Source of the DNA: Sminthopsis crassicaudata
Lineage: Eukaryota
Reading direction: 5' to 3'
Assembly: GCF_048593235.1 (NCBI RefSeq)
Contig: NC_133620.1
Span: 467,447,261-467,511,260, forward strand
DNA length: 64,000 nucleotides
The notes under the pieces were generated by a model. It saw only the letters and a program-made list of their open reading frames with translations, ran no database searches and was not told the origin of the DNA. Below are positions 1 through 11,984 of the stretch, piece after piece. The position numbers were made by a program, and so were the translations under genes. Each line of letters opens with the position of its first letter. Position 1 is the stretch's first letter.

Positions 1-146
1 TGCCATTTCCTTCCCCAGCTCATTTTCCAGATAAGGAAACTGAGGCAGAGTAGAGTGACTTGCCCAGGGTCACATAGCAAGTAAGTGACTGAGCCTGGTT
101 TTGAATTTAGGACACTATATCCACTGCAGCACCACCTAGCTGCCTC
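1..146 (-). mobile_element. CORE-SINE (MIR/MAR1-like)
   Basis: CORE sequence gaaactgaggc..gtgacttgcccagggtcac. Confidence 0.8.
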
Positions 147-797
147 TGTGGATAGATCACCGAATGACACAAAAGACAATCCATGAATCGGGAACCTATT
201 TGTCTTGAATTTTGGTCATAGACTGAGAAGGCTAGAAGAGACTTTGTATATCTTATCTAACTACCCTATTCCTTCAAGGGGAAACCGAGACCCTCAGGGA
301 AAGGAAGCATCTTCTCCAAAACCACTTCTTTGCTGAAGGATTAATGTAAAGCGATTATAGGTAATAGCATGGAAAAAATCATGATTATTTCTAGATCCCT
401 GCTTGAAGATACAAAATATGTGAAATTCAATCTATTTGTGAAAAATTCAAGTACATTTTCATTTACTCCATGCATTTAATCCAGCAGAAGATCTGAAACA
501 CATGGTTCATTTTGACAAAGTGACAATAAGAGCCCTATTCTATAAATTTGCTAATTGTTCTTCCCCAATATAGAGACATTGCCCATGTAATCCTGGCTTA
601 AGTGTCTGATATCTTACTAATATTAGCATGACATCTGAAGATGACAATGGAGGAAAATCTTAGTTCTAATTGTTTGTCAAAGTGTTTCCAAGTCCCTTCT
701 CCGAGAGTATTTAAAGGATGCTGACTTCATTTCCCCTTGTTGAAAGACTTCAAAAACCATATAGAATAGTAGAATTTCGAAAGATTACTTGTTCTTT

Positions 798-1011
798 TGA
801 CTCACTGAGTAAAGTGAAAAAAAGAAGAAAGTGAAAAAAAAAGAGAAAGAGCTATCAATCTGTCAATCCTTTCCATGTCCGGGCCGGGTGAGGTTTCCCG
901 TGTTGAGATCGAACTGAGATTTTAAAATTCTTGGAATTAAGTCTTTTGAATTGATCTCCTATTCCTAGAAAAGTTATGGATTTGTAGTTCCTTGAAAGAT
1001 GTACTTTCCTG
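798..1011 (+). promoter_or_regulatory. Candidate SCIMP promoter motifs
   Basis: TGACTCA (AP-1) at 798-804, two AAAGTGAAA (IRF-like) at 811-819 and 828-836, and ACTTTCCTG (ETS core, reverse) at 1003-1011, upstream of the putative exon 1. Short motifs that fit a myeloid/B-cell gene but are not diagnostic. Confidence 0.25.
843..907 (-). pseudogene. 18S rRNA fragment (65 bp)
   Basis: The reverse complement reads CTCAACACGGGAAACCTCACCCGGCCCGGACATGGAAAGGATTGACAGATTGATAGCTCTTTCTC. It matches the recalled conserved vertebrate 18S segment with about 2 mismatches and has no flanking rDNA. Confidence 0.88.
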
Positions 1012-1218
1012 CCTCAACATCAGCCATTTTTATCATTAGAAGAAAGGGAGAAGACTAAGGAGAAAGGAGTTGGATTTATTGGGGAGAAGAGAGGTATAGT
1101 TCGATTATCCAGCACTAAATTTACTGAGAGAGTTACTTGATCTCTAAAACCTTGATATTTTCATCCACTAAACTGGAATAAGACTAACAAGGCTTGTACT
1201 GCCCGCCTCAAGTGAAGA

Positions 1219-1239
1219 ATGAACTTTATAAGTATACAA
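1219..1239 (+). CDS. SCIMP: SCIMP putative coding exon 1 (MNFISIQ)
   Basis: ATG AAC TTT ATA AGT ATA CAA|gtaatt: seven codons with a phase-0 donor matching the phase-0 acceptor of exon 2. The join MNFISIQ-VCIT-MDWW has the same spacing as recalled human MDTFTVQ-DSTA-MSWW. The exon is short, so a chance match is possible. Confidence 0.55.
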
Positions 1240-1276
1240 GTAATTTTATGTGTTAATAGCTCTATTTATGATATGT

Positions 1277-1494
1277 GGGTAGAGCATCAGGCCTGGTCAG
1301 GAAAACCTGAATTTAAATCTGGCTCAGACACTTACTAGCTGTGTGACTCTAACCAAGACTCTTTTTCCTGTTTGCCTCAGTTTCTTCATCTGTAAAATGA
1401 TAAGGACAAGGAAATAGCAAACCACTCCAGTATTTTTTGGCCAAGAAAACCCCAAATGGGGGTCATAAAGAGTCAGACATAATCAAACAACAAC
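1277..1494 (+). mobile_element. CORE-SINE (MAR1-like)
   Basis: CORE plus a gccaagaaaaccccaaatgggggtca tail. Confidence 0.8.
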
Positions 1495-2121
1495 CGTAAC
1501 TATGAGTCATTATTATATATTTTTAATTCTCTTCAGGATATGTCTCATTTTCCCTACAAGAGTGAATGGCAGAGGGAGGGAATTGGACCTAGCAAGAGAG
1601 AACTGGGTTAGACCCAAGGAGGACTTTCTTGATTATGTATGTTATTAAAGGCCAAAGCAGACTTCCAAGAGGTCCAAGAGGTATCTACCCTATCTCTACC
1701 CACTGGAAACTTTAAAGTGAAAGATTCAATACAGTGATTATTTCTGAATATATTAGAATATATTTTATATTCTCTCTATATATTCTATATAGAACATCAT
1801 TTTCTCACATAGATATCCTTTTTACTCGATATTATCTCTAATTTTTAAAAGTCATGAGCTAACAATCACACGGCATGAGCAACAGCATCAATTTGTATTA
1901 ATTATGATTATTCAGACAGACTTTCAATCATTCAGACCTTCAAGTTTCAGACTTATTCCCAAAGATATGAAAAATGAAGGCTAGGAACTTGGGAAGGGTG
2001 GGTGCAAACCTGACTTGTTTGGCTCAACTCGTAAATAGCTAGTCACATTTAATAGGACTTTAAGATGCGCAAAGGATTCTCTATATTGTATTATTTGATC
2101 CCCACACAAACAGTTATCACT

Positions 2122-2364
2122 ACTGTCGTTCAATCCCTTTGGTCATATCTTACTTGTTATGACCCCATTTGAAGTTTTCTTGGCAAAATACTAGATTGAT
2201 TTACCATTTCCTTTTCCAGCTCATTTTACAGATGAGGAACTGAGGCATACAGGGTTAAGTGACTTGTCACTTAAATAAGTGTCTGAGGCCAGATTTGAAC
2301 TCATAAAGATGAGCCTTCCTGCTTCCAAACCCAATGCTCTATCCACTGTGCCATCTAGCTGCCC
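2122..2364 (-). mobile_element. CORE-SINE (MAR1-like)
   Basis: Near full-length reverse copy. Confidence 0.8.
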
Positions 2365-2588
2365 CTCACATGAATAAAAGGGTTGTATTATAACTCAGTA
2401 AAACTTAAAAATCAACCCAACAAGCATTTATTAAGTGACTACTGTATGCTAGGCATTGTGCTAGATGACAGAGAGACAGATATCTCTGCCCGCAGGGAGC
2501 AGAGAAAATGTATACACAGAGAATGAAACCAAGAATATCTATAAAATAAAATAATTTGGAAGAAAGAGAGGGAAATCAGGAAGGCATT

Positions 2589-2760
2589 TTTTAAATTTTA
2601 AAAACTTTTAAAATTAAAGATTTTTATTTTCAAAATATGTACAGGGATAATTTTCAACATTCACGCTTATAAAACCTTGTGTTCTATTTTTCCCCCTCCC
2701 TTCCCTTCACCCCATCCCCTAGATGGCAAGTGATTCAATATATGTTAAACATATGCAATT
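2589..2760 (-). mobile_element. Short L1 3' fragment, followed by a truncated SINE (2773-2829)
   Basis: Same L1 3' UTR motif as the 10509 and 63328 copies. Confidence 0.75.
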
Positions 2761-3634
2761 CAAGAAGGCATTCTTTTGTTGTTGTTGTTGAGGCAATTGG
2801 GGTTAAGTGACTTGCCCAGGGTCACACAATCAGGAAGGTATTCTTGAAAAGGAAGTATCCCTTAAATAGATAGAGCATAGGCAGCTAGCTTCTAGCCCCC
2901 CCTCCTCAAAGTTAAATGACCACCTTTCTGGATCCACATCAATCTGGTCTTCCTTTGATGTCATAATCATGGGGAAGAGTCAGAGAAAGGAGTTGCCGTC
3001 CCATTTTTCAGAAGGGCACTGAGGCTAGGAGAATTTAGGTGATTTCTCAGAAAGTCCTATTGGCAAGGAGCTGAGAACTCTACTATTATTTCAAACGGAT
3101 GAATGGGGGGCTTTGCAGAAAAGGCTGTTTCGTGGGTTAACCTCAAAGCCCATTTACTCTGGGTTGGAGAAGTGATGGGCCTAAAGTCGCATATCTAGGA
3201 AATAACAAAACAGAATTTGAACTCAGATCTCATATTTGGAGCTGATTTCTCTTTTTAAAGATGAGAAAATCAATGCTGAGAAGTTAAGTGACTTCTCACA
3301 GTCACACAATTAGCAAGTGGAAAACACAAGTCAAAAAGTTTTGAGTTCGATGGGACTGTAAGTCCCAATTTTTACAGATGAGGAAACTGAGGCAGAGTAA
3401 GGTGACTTGACAAGGATCATACAACTGTTTGTGGTCAGATTTGAACTTTGGAATTCCAGACCCAGAGCTCTATAACATGGTAATATTTAGAATCAGAAGG
3501 GACCATTTATCTGCTCCCTATTTTATTTTATTTGAACAATGGAATCATTTTATTAACAAGGCCTAACCTAACCCAGGATCACTCAGCTATGATGTGTCTG
3601 AGACTGGATTTGAAATCAGTCTTCCTGATTCTAG

Positions 3635-3717
3635 TCCTAGAACCGATGCAAAATGAAATGAACACAACCAGGAACATTAAACTTAATGACTAAAGCAATG
3701 TAAATGGGTAGAACAAT

Positions 3718-3752
<35 letters not shown>

Positions 3753-4070
3753 CCACCAAAAACAAAAAAACAAACAAAAAAACCCAACCACACCAGAATA
3801 TTGCATCATAATCCAGGACAAACATGGCCCCAGATAGGCGAGATGAGAAGATTCCTCCTCTACTCTTTTGCAGAGACTGGAGACCACGAGTGTGGAATAT
3901 GAAATCTAATGTCTTTGTAATCATCAATTTTGCTTATTTTTTCTCTTCATTTTTTTTCCCTTTCAAATTGCTTTATTATAAAGGATAGCTTTCTGATGTA
4001 GGGAAGGAGGATGGATACAAAGGGAAATCTAGGTGATATGAAAACAAAATCAATAAAAGTCTATTTTCTT
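3635..4070 (+). mobile_element. Old L1 3' UTR fragment with an internal poly-A tract (3721-3748)
   Basis: Resembles old marsupial L1 3' ends and ends in aataaaa. Confidence 0.55.
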
Positions 4071-4619
4071 AAGGATCAATGGTTAGTTATGTTGAAATTC
4101 TGTTTATTCAGACAGGATGTGTTGGTTGTAGGTCTTTACTCAAGCATAACCTGATTTAGAAATAGCTTTCTCTTCCTTTTCTGTGCCAGAGTTATGTCTG
4201 AATTTAGCCATTAGTCAAGTTGTTGATTTCCTAGGGCCTGATTTCAGGGGGCACAGGGGAAAGACTCATTACCCTTCACAGCCTTTTTTTAATAGTAAAC
4301 GAGGGCCTGAAATTCAGCCATTTTTTAGTATGAAGCTTTGATTGTTATTCACATATGAATCTCTTTAGATGGGACAATATTTAACTTCATTTTTACTAAA
4401 AACCCCTCCGTCATATATTAAAAGAAACATTAAATTAAATAAAAATGGATCATGACAACTTTTCTTCAGCTCATTTAATTTATGATTTTTTGCAAGAGTC
4501 TCCAGTTCCAAAGATTTTCCCCATTTTGGCTAAAGTCAGTGATTGAGAGTGATCAATCAAATCATTGACTTAAAGTGGGAAAGGGTTAACATGACTGAAT
4601 AAATCAATCTATTCCACCC

Positions 4620-4940
4620 TTATAATGTACAGAAAAAATACAAAGAGAATAAATGCAAATAACCCTAAAGTAGTTAGAGAAGAAAGGGATTAGCAGTTGG
4701 GGGATGAGGAAAGGCTCCATGTAGAAGGTTAAGTTGGAGCTACATCTTGAGGAATAGAATTCTCTGACGTGGAAATGAGGAGGGCAGGTATTCTAGGCAT
4801 AGGGGAAAGCTGAAAAGGTGGGAACTTGAGTGTTTTGTGAGAGAAACAGAGAGAAGTTCAGGTTGGTTGATCATGAATGCAAAAGGGGGCAGTAATGTAG
4901 AGTTAGGCTGAAAATACAGGTTGGGACCAGGTTGCAAAGG
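4620..4940 (-). mobile_element. L2 remnant
   Basis: Purine-rich sequence typical of antisense L2. Confidence 0.5.
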
Positions 4941-5076
4941 AAAAAGGAAACCACCCTCCATTTAGGTTCCAGTTAACAACTCAATGCAGAGCAAGACACA
5001 AGGTAATTATTTTTCCTCCTCTTCCTCTTCTCACTCCCGCTACATCTTCTAAACTCAGTTTTTGGTTTTTTCTCAG

Positions 5077-5200
5077 GTTTGTATTACAATGGACTGGTGG
5101 CTGGAGAATTTCTGGATCCTCTTGGCTGGAATAATAATTCTTGTTTCAGCAACACTTGCCCTAGTAATGTACTGTATCTGTAAGAGACTACTTAGACAAG
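5077..5200 (+). CDS. SCIMP: SCIMP exon 2, transmembrane domain and CxC palmitoylation motif
   Basis: ttttttctcag|...|gtaatt. Encodes VCITMDWWLENFWILLAGIIILVSATLALVMYCICKRLLRQ(G), versus recalled human MSWWRNNFWIILAVAIIVVSVGLGLILYCVCKWQLRRG. ATG at 5089; ends in phase 1. Confidence 0.92.
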
Positions 5201-6594
5201 GTAATTAATGGTCCAACTGGTGGGAGGTGGGGTGGGGTGGGGTAGGGTGAGAATTTGCTTTCTATTGGAGGAATAACAGCTCCATAAATGGTGATGGCTC
5301 TTAACTTTGGGACTGAGTTTTATAGTAATTTTAAACACTTTTAATTTTTCATGAATGATACTTCTGAGTCCATAATGAAACGAATTAGAAGTTGGGGAGA
5401 CAGAGATTCTGGAAAATTAATGGTCAATTTATTAATGAGGCTAACTAACAATAAATCAGTCAATGATCTGTGGTTTCTCTTGGCAACCAAAGATGCCAAG
5501 GGAAAGCCTGAAATGCCCTAAATTCCTTCCTTCATTTCACTGAGAAGTGAAAACCAACCCTGATATGAAATGAGGAAGCGGGAAAAGTCTTGCAATTCCT
5601 CCTGCTGAGGATGTGGCTTGATCATGAGTCTCAACAGTATGAAGATATCTGGGCAGAGAAAGCCATCTTCATCTGGACCTTTCTGGCTAGTTTTCTCCTT
5701 CAGGAATTGGGTTGTCCTGAATTCTAATGGAGAGCAAGGAGTTCTTCCCCCAGGCAAAGACTTACCCTGAATTTTATATATACTCTTAACAGAAATTTGG
5801 TCTCCTGGGTAGGTGGGGTCCTGTTCAACTAACAAGCCTTGAGATCTAGGAACAAATCTTATCACTCAGTCATTCTCTTCAAAGATTGATTGATCTTTTC
5901 TGGAGATGGGTTTTAACAGAAAGAAAAGGGGGAAAGAATGGATCACAAATTAATAGTTATTAATAGTATATGAATTTCAGTAGCATGAGGCATTAGTTAA
6001 GGCTGCATGAAGTCAAACTAATTCATCAAAAAATAAAAAATAAAACCATACTTTGTCATCCTGATTACTTTGTCCGCCATTTTGAACCTGTTTATTGATT
6101 GAATTCAGCAGTTCAGATGAATATGAAGATGTGGCAAAAGCATGAAAAGACTTGTATAAATTGAGATGGTATAAAGCAAGCAAAGATCTTGATTAAATTA
6201 GAAAAAGAACAAACAGATTTTAAGTAATTTGGATCAGGAGAGGAAATGAGAAGTGGGGGACTATGGGTACGGAATACTATATGTTGTCTATATATGGCCA
6301 ATGTGTGAGCTCTTTTTTTAAAAAAATAATTGCAGTAGAAGAGTATTATCTAGAAGCATCTGTGACACAAAAACAAATCTTAAAAAAAGAATCGAGTAGT
6401 TTGTAAATCTGGCTGTTTCGGTATTGCATAAATGAAGTAAAATATAAGAAACCATGATTCATTTTGGATTATCCTTAAGTGGATTTTTCTATCTTGTGAT
6501 TTATCTAGTTTATTTTTTATCTCTGAGAAATTTCTATGATATATTTGATTTAAATAACAATTTGAATAATGATTTATTTATTTATTGTATATTT

Positions 6595-6870
6595 TCAAAT
6601 TGGCAAAATGCAGATAACAAACAAAATGAATTAGAGATTCTAATGCAAGAAGGCAAATTTGATCGCATAGGTATTACTGAGCTTTGGTGGGATGGGACCC
6701 ATGCTGGGATAAGGTAAATGACAGGTAAAAGCATGCATAATAACTAGGGTAGGATGAGTGAGTTTTTGGCCCTGTGTGCCAATTTTAGAAGATACAAAAT
6801 TTAGAGGGCAATAATGCTGATTGCAATCCTTCCACAGAAACAACTGCTCTAAGTATCTAGTTGATAAGAG
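6595..6870 (+). mobile_element. CR1/L3 LINE endonuclease fragment
   Basis: NKQNELEILMQEGKFDRIGITELWWD resembles the CR1 APE N-terminus. Confidence 0.75.
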
Positions 6871-7641
6871 TGAATGGTTAAAATGGACACTGCAAGATGG
6901 AGGCCCATCCTGCCTTGTTCTTTCCTCTTCCCCTAAATCCCTTTTTCATAAGTAACCTTACATTGGCATCCCAGGTTCTCTGATTCTCTCTGCAAAGAAA
7001 TTATGTTTTATCCTTTCTCCCCAGCTCAGCTGATGGTGTTCTTTGTGCCATTCAACTAAACTATAACATGGTACATGCCCCCGGTGCAAAAATTCTTGTT
7101 TTATGACTCCATTATTAGGAAAAGAACATTTAGGAACCAGATTGGAGAAGTAGAAGTCTTAGCAGGAATATAATTTCCTTTAGTTAATTTAATGGCTAAC
7201 ATATAAAAGACATACAGTTTGGTCCCAGTGGGCTATACTAGAATTAGTAGGTACAGATTAAAAATATAAACTCAGAATAAGGAAATGCTTTCTAATCTAA
7301 GCTAATGGTTTATTTATAATTAAAGATTTGACTTGAGCTTTAAGGTCTGCAAAATGGAGCTAGGTGTGCTGTTATTATTCCCATTTTATAGATGAGGAAA
7401 TGAAGGTAGGGTGAGGGTGAGTGACCTGACTAGAGTTACACAGTTATGAAGTGTCTGAGGTCAGATTTGAACTCACAAAGTTGAATCTTTTTGACTCCAG
7501 AGCACCTGCAACTTAGAATTTTGGACTTTCCCGATCTTCTTAAACTTTTCCATCTTTATTTTTAAGAATTTCATAAATTTCAAAATAATTATCTTTATTT
7601 TTCTTTATAAATAAACATTTTTTTTTTGTTTTTGTTTTTAG

Positions 7642-7702
7642 GCAAGAACTGGGAAATCTCTATGTCTCTGAAGTATAATAAAAAAGATGAACAAACATAT
7701 GA
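7642..7702 (+). CDS. SCIMP: SCIMP exon 3
   Basis: tttgtttttag|...|gtaagt, phase 1 to 2. Encodes (G)KNWEISMSLKYNKKDEQTY(E), versus human GKKWEIAKPLKHKQVDEEKMYE. Confidence 0.92.
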
Positions 7703-7904
7703 GTAAGTTTTTTTTCTAAAGTAGACGCTAAAACTATGCTTTTGAATGTTAGGGATTGTTTATCTCCCCTCCCCCCCTTCTCCCATAGAGCCTTTATATT
7801 AATGATTGTTATGCTATATATAGAGATGGGTGGTTAGAGTTCACATAGTCTTCTGCTTTTGCATCTTAAAAATTATTTGCCTGCTCTTACTATAGCTCTT
7901 AGGG

Positions 7905-8125
7905 TGGCAAGGTGGTGCCATAGTGCACATTCAGTTAGTCTCATCTTCCTCACTTACTAGCTGTGTGGCCCTGTGCAAGTCACTTAACCCCGTTTGCCTC
8001 AGTTTCCCCATCTGTAATATAAGCTGAACAAGAAAATGACAAACTTCTCCAGTGTCTTTGCCAAGAAAATTCCAAATGGGGTCATGGAGAGTTGGACATG
8101 ACTGAAATGATTAAACAACAACAAA
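7905..8125 (+). mobile_element. CORE-SINE (MAR1-like)
   Basis: CORE plus tail ending acaacaacaa. Confidence 0.8.
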
Positions 8126-9447
8126 GAATATAGCCTTTGGTGTTTAGTGAGAAAATTGGTCATTAAATTATAGAGAGGCCATTTAGCCTCATTCTATAGA
8201 GGAGAAAAGAAGAGAAAAGAACAAAGAAATTAAATAATTTGCCAAAGGTCACAAAGAAATTTGAAGGGGAAAAGGATCAAGAACTTATTAAGCGTCTACT
8301 ATGTACCAGGCACTTGACAAATGTCTCATTTGAGATTCACAACAACCTTATGAGGTAGATATCATTATCTCTATTTTACAATTCAGGAAACTGAGGCAAA
8401 CAGAAGTGACTTGCCTAACTGTTCAAGCCAAGCCTATGAACTCAGCCTCTTTGTACCAAAAATAGTCATTCTTCCTATGAACTAAGTTAATTCTCCTGCT
8501 GGAGGAAAAAGGCCCTAGAAATATCTTGCTGCACTTCTGCTCACATTTACCTGACTAAAAATCTTACAAGATGTTCTCTATCTAGTTAATTTTGATTAAG
8601 ACTTTAAATGTGTATCTCTTATTTTTTCCTTATACCTCAGATTTAGGCTATATATAGATCTCTGCATTATCAATCTTCAAATTATTGTATTAAACATAAG
8701 AATATATTTTTCCATTCATACTTTGTCAAGAGAATTATTTTTCTCTTTCTGACTTTAGAAAGCCAGTGGCATTCTTAACTGTGGTTTTATGTTTTGAATC
8801 AATCTGAGAAACCTATACCAATTCTATAATAAAAATAAATGGGAAAATAGAATTCTATATACCGAAAGTTATTAGAGCCAATTTGTCAAGGAAGCTGTCT
8901 ACGAGGCAAAAATAGATTTGTGTTATTGGTCTTTTCTGATTTAAGTCATTTTGAGCAGGAAGGGGATGCTGACACTTTTGGAGATGGAGATCTTTTCTAA
9001 GGTATCGTAGTTGCAGAAGGACACAGATTTAGAGCTGGAACTATAAATTCAATCATTATCTCATCACTTTCTTTCTATGTAGGATGGTCATTGAAATTAT
9101 ATTTGAAGGATTAGTTCAGAAAGATATTCAGGCTTAATAGGGAGAAGAAAAGGATCATTTTAAAAGTCACTCAGGTTGAATTTTCAACCAGGGTTGCCTG
9201 GAACCAGCTCTAACCAGCTCATGAGGGTCAAGTGTGAATATCAGAGCTTGATTTATTGTTTTGTGGATTGTTTAGATCAAAAGTAACAGAGAAAATGTAA
9301 ATTCTGTAGAGTTGGTTGTTAAATATTTACCAGCAAATTACTTTTTCCAACCATATACATTTTCAGTAGTTTTTTTTTCTTTAAAGATTTTCTTTAAATC
9401 CATTGATGAGAAATAAAACAATAACCAGCAGTCATGTGCATTTTTAG

Positions 9448-9530
9448 GAATGTCACTGATGAAACAGCCGTGTCTTTACCCCCTCTGCCTCCTAGAAATG
9501 TTCCAGGTTCAGCAGATACACTTAATTACG
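9448..9530 (+). CDS. SCIMP: SCIMP exon 4, proline-rich SH3-binding motif
   Basis: tttttag|...|gtaagc, phase 2 to 1. Encodes (E)NVTDETAVSLPPLPPRNVPGSADTLNY(A), completing YENV and containing LPPLPPRN as in human SCIMP. Confidence 0.92.
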
Positions 9531-10069
9531 GTAAGCGTGGTTTATTAACGCTAGTTTCCTTTAGGTTGGGATAACTAATTCATCTAGAATTTGCAGTTCA
9601 TTGGGCTTTATTATACAAGGATGAAAATTAGTCAGATCAATAATCATGTATTAAGCATTTACGATGAACCAGTACTACAAGAAGAGTTAAGTTCTTTCTC
9701 CTTGGGAAGACAATATACAAATGACTGTGTACAAACATCAGACAGACATTGAAGAAAAACTAAGGGGGCAGCCATTAAGGTTGAGGAGCCTGGGGTAGTT
9801 TTTATGCATAAATGGGCTTTTAGCTTCTCATCTGGGAAGCTGAAGAAATCTGGGAGAAGATGCTCTCTTCTCCTTGGGTATTTATGACCCCGATCTTTCC
9901 CGATTCTCCTTTTCAAATCATGAGTTGGAACCTTCCTCAGTTCAAGCTCACACCTCACACCTGAACTTCTACAGTAGCTTTCTGATTCAGTCTGCCCCAT
10001 TTCCTTCTCCCCATCACCTATTAGTTAATCTGATCCCCTTTAAGACTCTTTTCAAATCCCACCTTCTCT

Positions 10070-10340
10070 GGGGGCAGCTAGGTGGTCCATGGACAAAACA
10101 ATGGACTTGGGAGTTAGTACAGACCTGAGTTTAAATATAGTCTCAGATACTTACTAGCTGTGTGATCCCAGGAAAGTCATTTGACCTTTGTTTTCCTCAG
10201 TTTCCCCATCTGTAAATGGGGTAATAATAATAGCCCCTACCTCCTCCCCGGGTTGTTAGGACCACCAAAGAGATAATTGTAAAATGCTTAGCATAGTGCC
10301 TGGCACAAAGTAGGTGCTACATATATGTCAACTATGATGA
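10070..10340 (+). mobile_element. MIR-like CORE-SINE
   Basis: tRNA-like head ggggcagctaggtgg, CORE, and MIR tail agtgcctggcacaaagtaggtgct. Confidence 0.8.
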
Positions 10341-10508
10341 TGATTCAGCTACATATTGTCCCAAAATGGAATTAAAAGATGGATTTCAGAGTCTGTAGTT
10401 TACACCGTCAAATTTGCTTTCAGCTAATTCTCTCTCGGAAAACTGCCATATTCTCCTCCTTGTTCCTTCCCCAGTAACCATTGTCTTTTCTGTCCATGTT
10501 TTTATTCT

Positions 10509-10938
10509 TTTTAAAAATTTATCATAGCTTTTTATTAATAAAACATATGCATGGGTAATTTTCCAAAACTGACCCTTGCAAAAATATCTGTTCCAAATTT
10601 TCCCCTCCTTCCCTCTAACCCCTCCATTAGATAGCAGGCAGTCCCATCCATGTTAAACATGTTAAACTATGTGTTAAATACAATATAGGTATACATATTT
10701 ATACAGTTCTCTTGTTGCACAATAAGTATCGGATTTAGAAAGAAGGCAAAAATAACCTGGGAGAAAAGCAAAAATGCAAGCAAAGAACAAAAGAAAGAGT
10801 ACAAATGTTACATTGTGGTTCACACTCATTTCCCAGTGTTTTTTTTGTTGGGTGTAGCTGGTTCTGTTCATCACTGATCAACTGATGATCACAATGATTT
10901 GAATCTCTTATTGCCTAAGAGAGCCACGTCCATCAGAA
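10509..10938 (-). mobile_element. 5'-truncated L1 3' end in SCIMP intron 4
   Basis: Marsupial L1 3' UTR sequence. TSD ccatgtttttattct (10494-10508) / ccatgttttttattct (10939-10954). Confidence 0.85.
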
Positions 10939-11453
10939 CCATGTTTTTTATTCTAATAAAAGAAAAGTGTTGACAAATCTTGATGGATGTAAAAAGGATA
11001 AATGGGATTGCTCTTATTTTCTCATGAAAACCAGGATTTGGCTTAATTGATAAACACTTTTCAGGTATTTACTCTGTGTAGGGCACAATGCTGTGCGTTG
11101 GGTGATTTATTGAGTTGGTCCAACTGCCTATAATTTGACAATCTAAGTGGTGGCAATGAAAGCCTTTATTTCACCTTTTTCTGGGTCCAGGGCAAATTGA
11201 AATAATTGAGATATATGATGACGAGCTAGAAGTAACTTTGCCATCGGGCTCGCATACAGACAGACACATATCTATGCACTTTATACATATATGCCTAAAT
11301 TTGACTTGTAAAATGGGGATCAAAATGCTAATCTCACTAGAAGAGCAAACATCACTGAAATAAACTCTAGTTTGCATAAGTCTTACTTCATGGTCAGGGA
11401 GGTGAATTTGGACATCAGATGAGACACCTAAGGATATTTTTTCTGTTTTAAAG

Positions 11454-11578
11454 CTCTACAGGAAAACGAAAGCCAACCACCTTATTCAACTGTAATGAAA
11501 CAGAGAGTTTCTGTTCCTGGTCACACTGAGCCTATCTCAGATTATGACGACGTTGACATGTCCATATATAGGAATTAA
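11454..11578 (+). CDS. SCIMP: SCIMP exon 5 (terminal coding exon)
   Basis: ttctgttttaaag| phase-1 acceptor. Encodes (A)LQENESQPPYSTVMKQRVSVPGHTEPISDYDDVDMSIYRN-stop (TAA 11576-11578). YSTV and YDDV match human YSLV and YDDV. Confidence 0.9.
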
Positions 11579-11653
11579 TCATTTGAAACTTTATTTCTGC
11601 AAGCTTGAAAAATTTAGTAACCATACAAGTTGACTGAGAGCATGAGTGCTTTT

Positions 11654-11659
11654 ATTAAA
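11654..11659 (+). terminator. Candidate SCIMP poly(A) signal ATTAAA
   Basis: ATTAAA hexamer about 75 nt after the stop codon. Motif only. Confidence 0.35.
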
Positions 11660-11984
11660 CATTATAAGATAAATATTTTCTAAATTTATAAACATCCAAG
11701 ATGACCAACAGGAGGAGAAAGGAATTACTACGGGAAGGAATCACACAGCCGCCTTCTCTGAAGGGAACTCAGTGGGGGACCATGGAATGGACAGTGGTCT
11801 TAGACACAAGGGGCCTGGCTCAGTTGCTGCTTCTGATGCAAATGATCTATGTGATTGTGGTTAAGTCCTTTCCCCAACCTGGGCTGCAGCTTCCTCATCT
11901 GAAAAATGACAAGACTGGACTCAATGGCCTCTAAGCTTCTTTCTTGTTCCCGACCTATGATTCTATGATTGATAAAGAGTACTG

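Noticed and set aside
6454-6717. 87-aa ORF as a possible gene inside SCIMP intron 2
   Set aside because: An AT-rich stretch run into a CR1/L3 endonuclease remnant.
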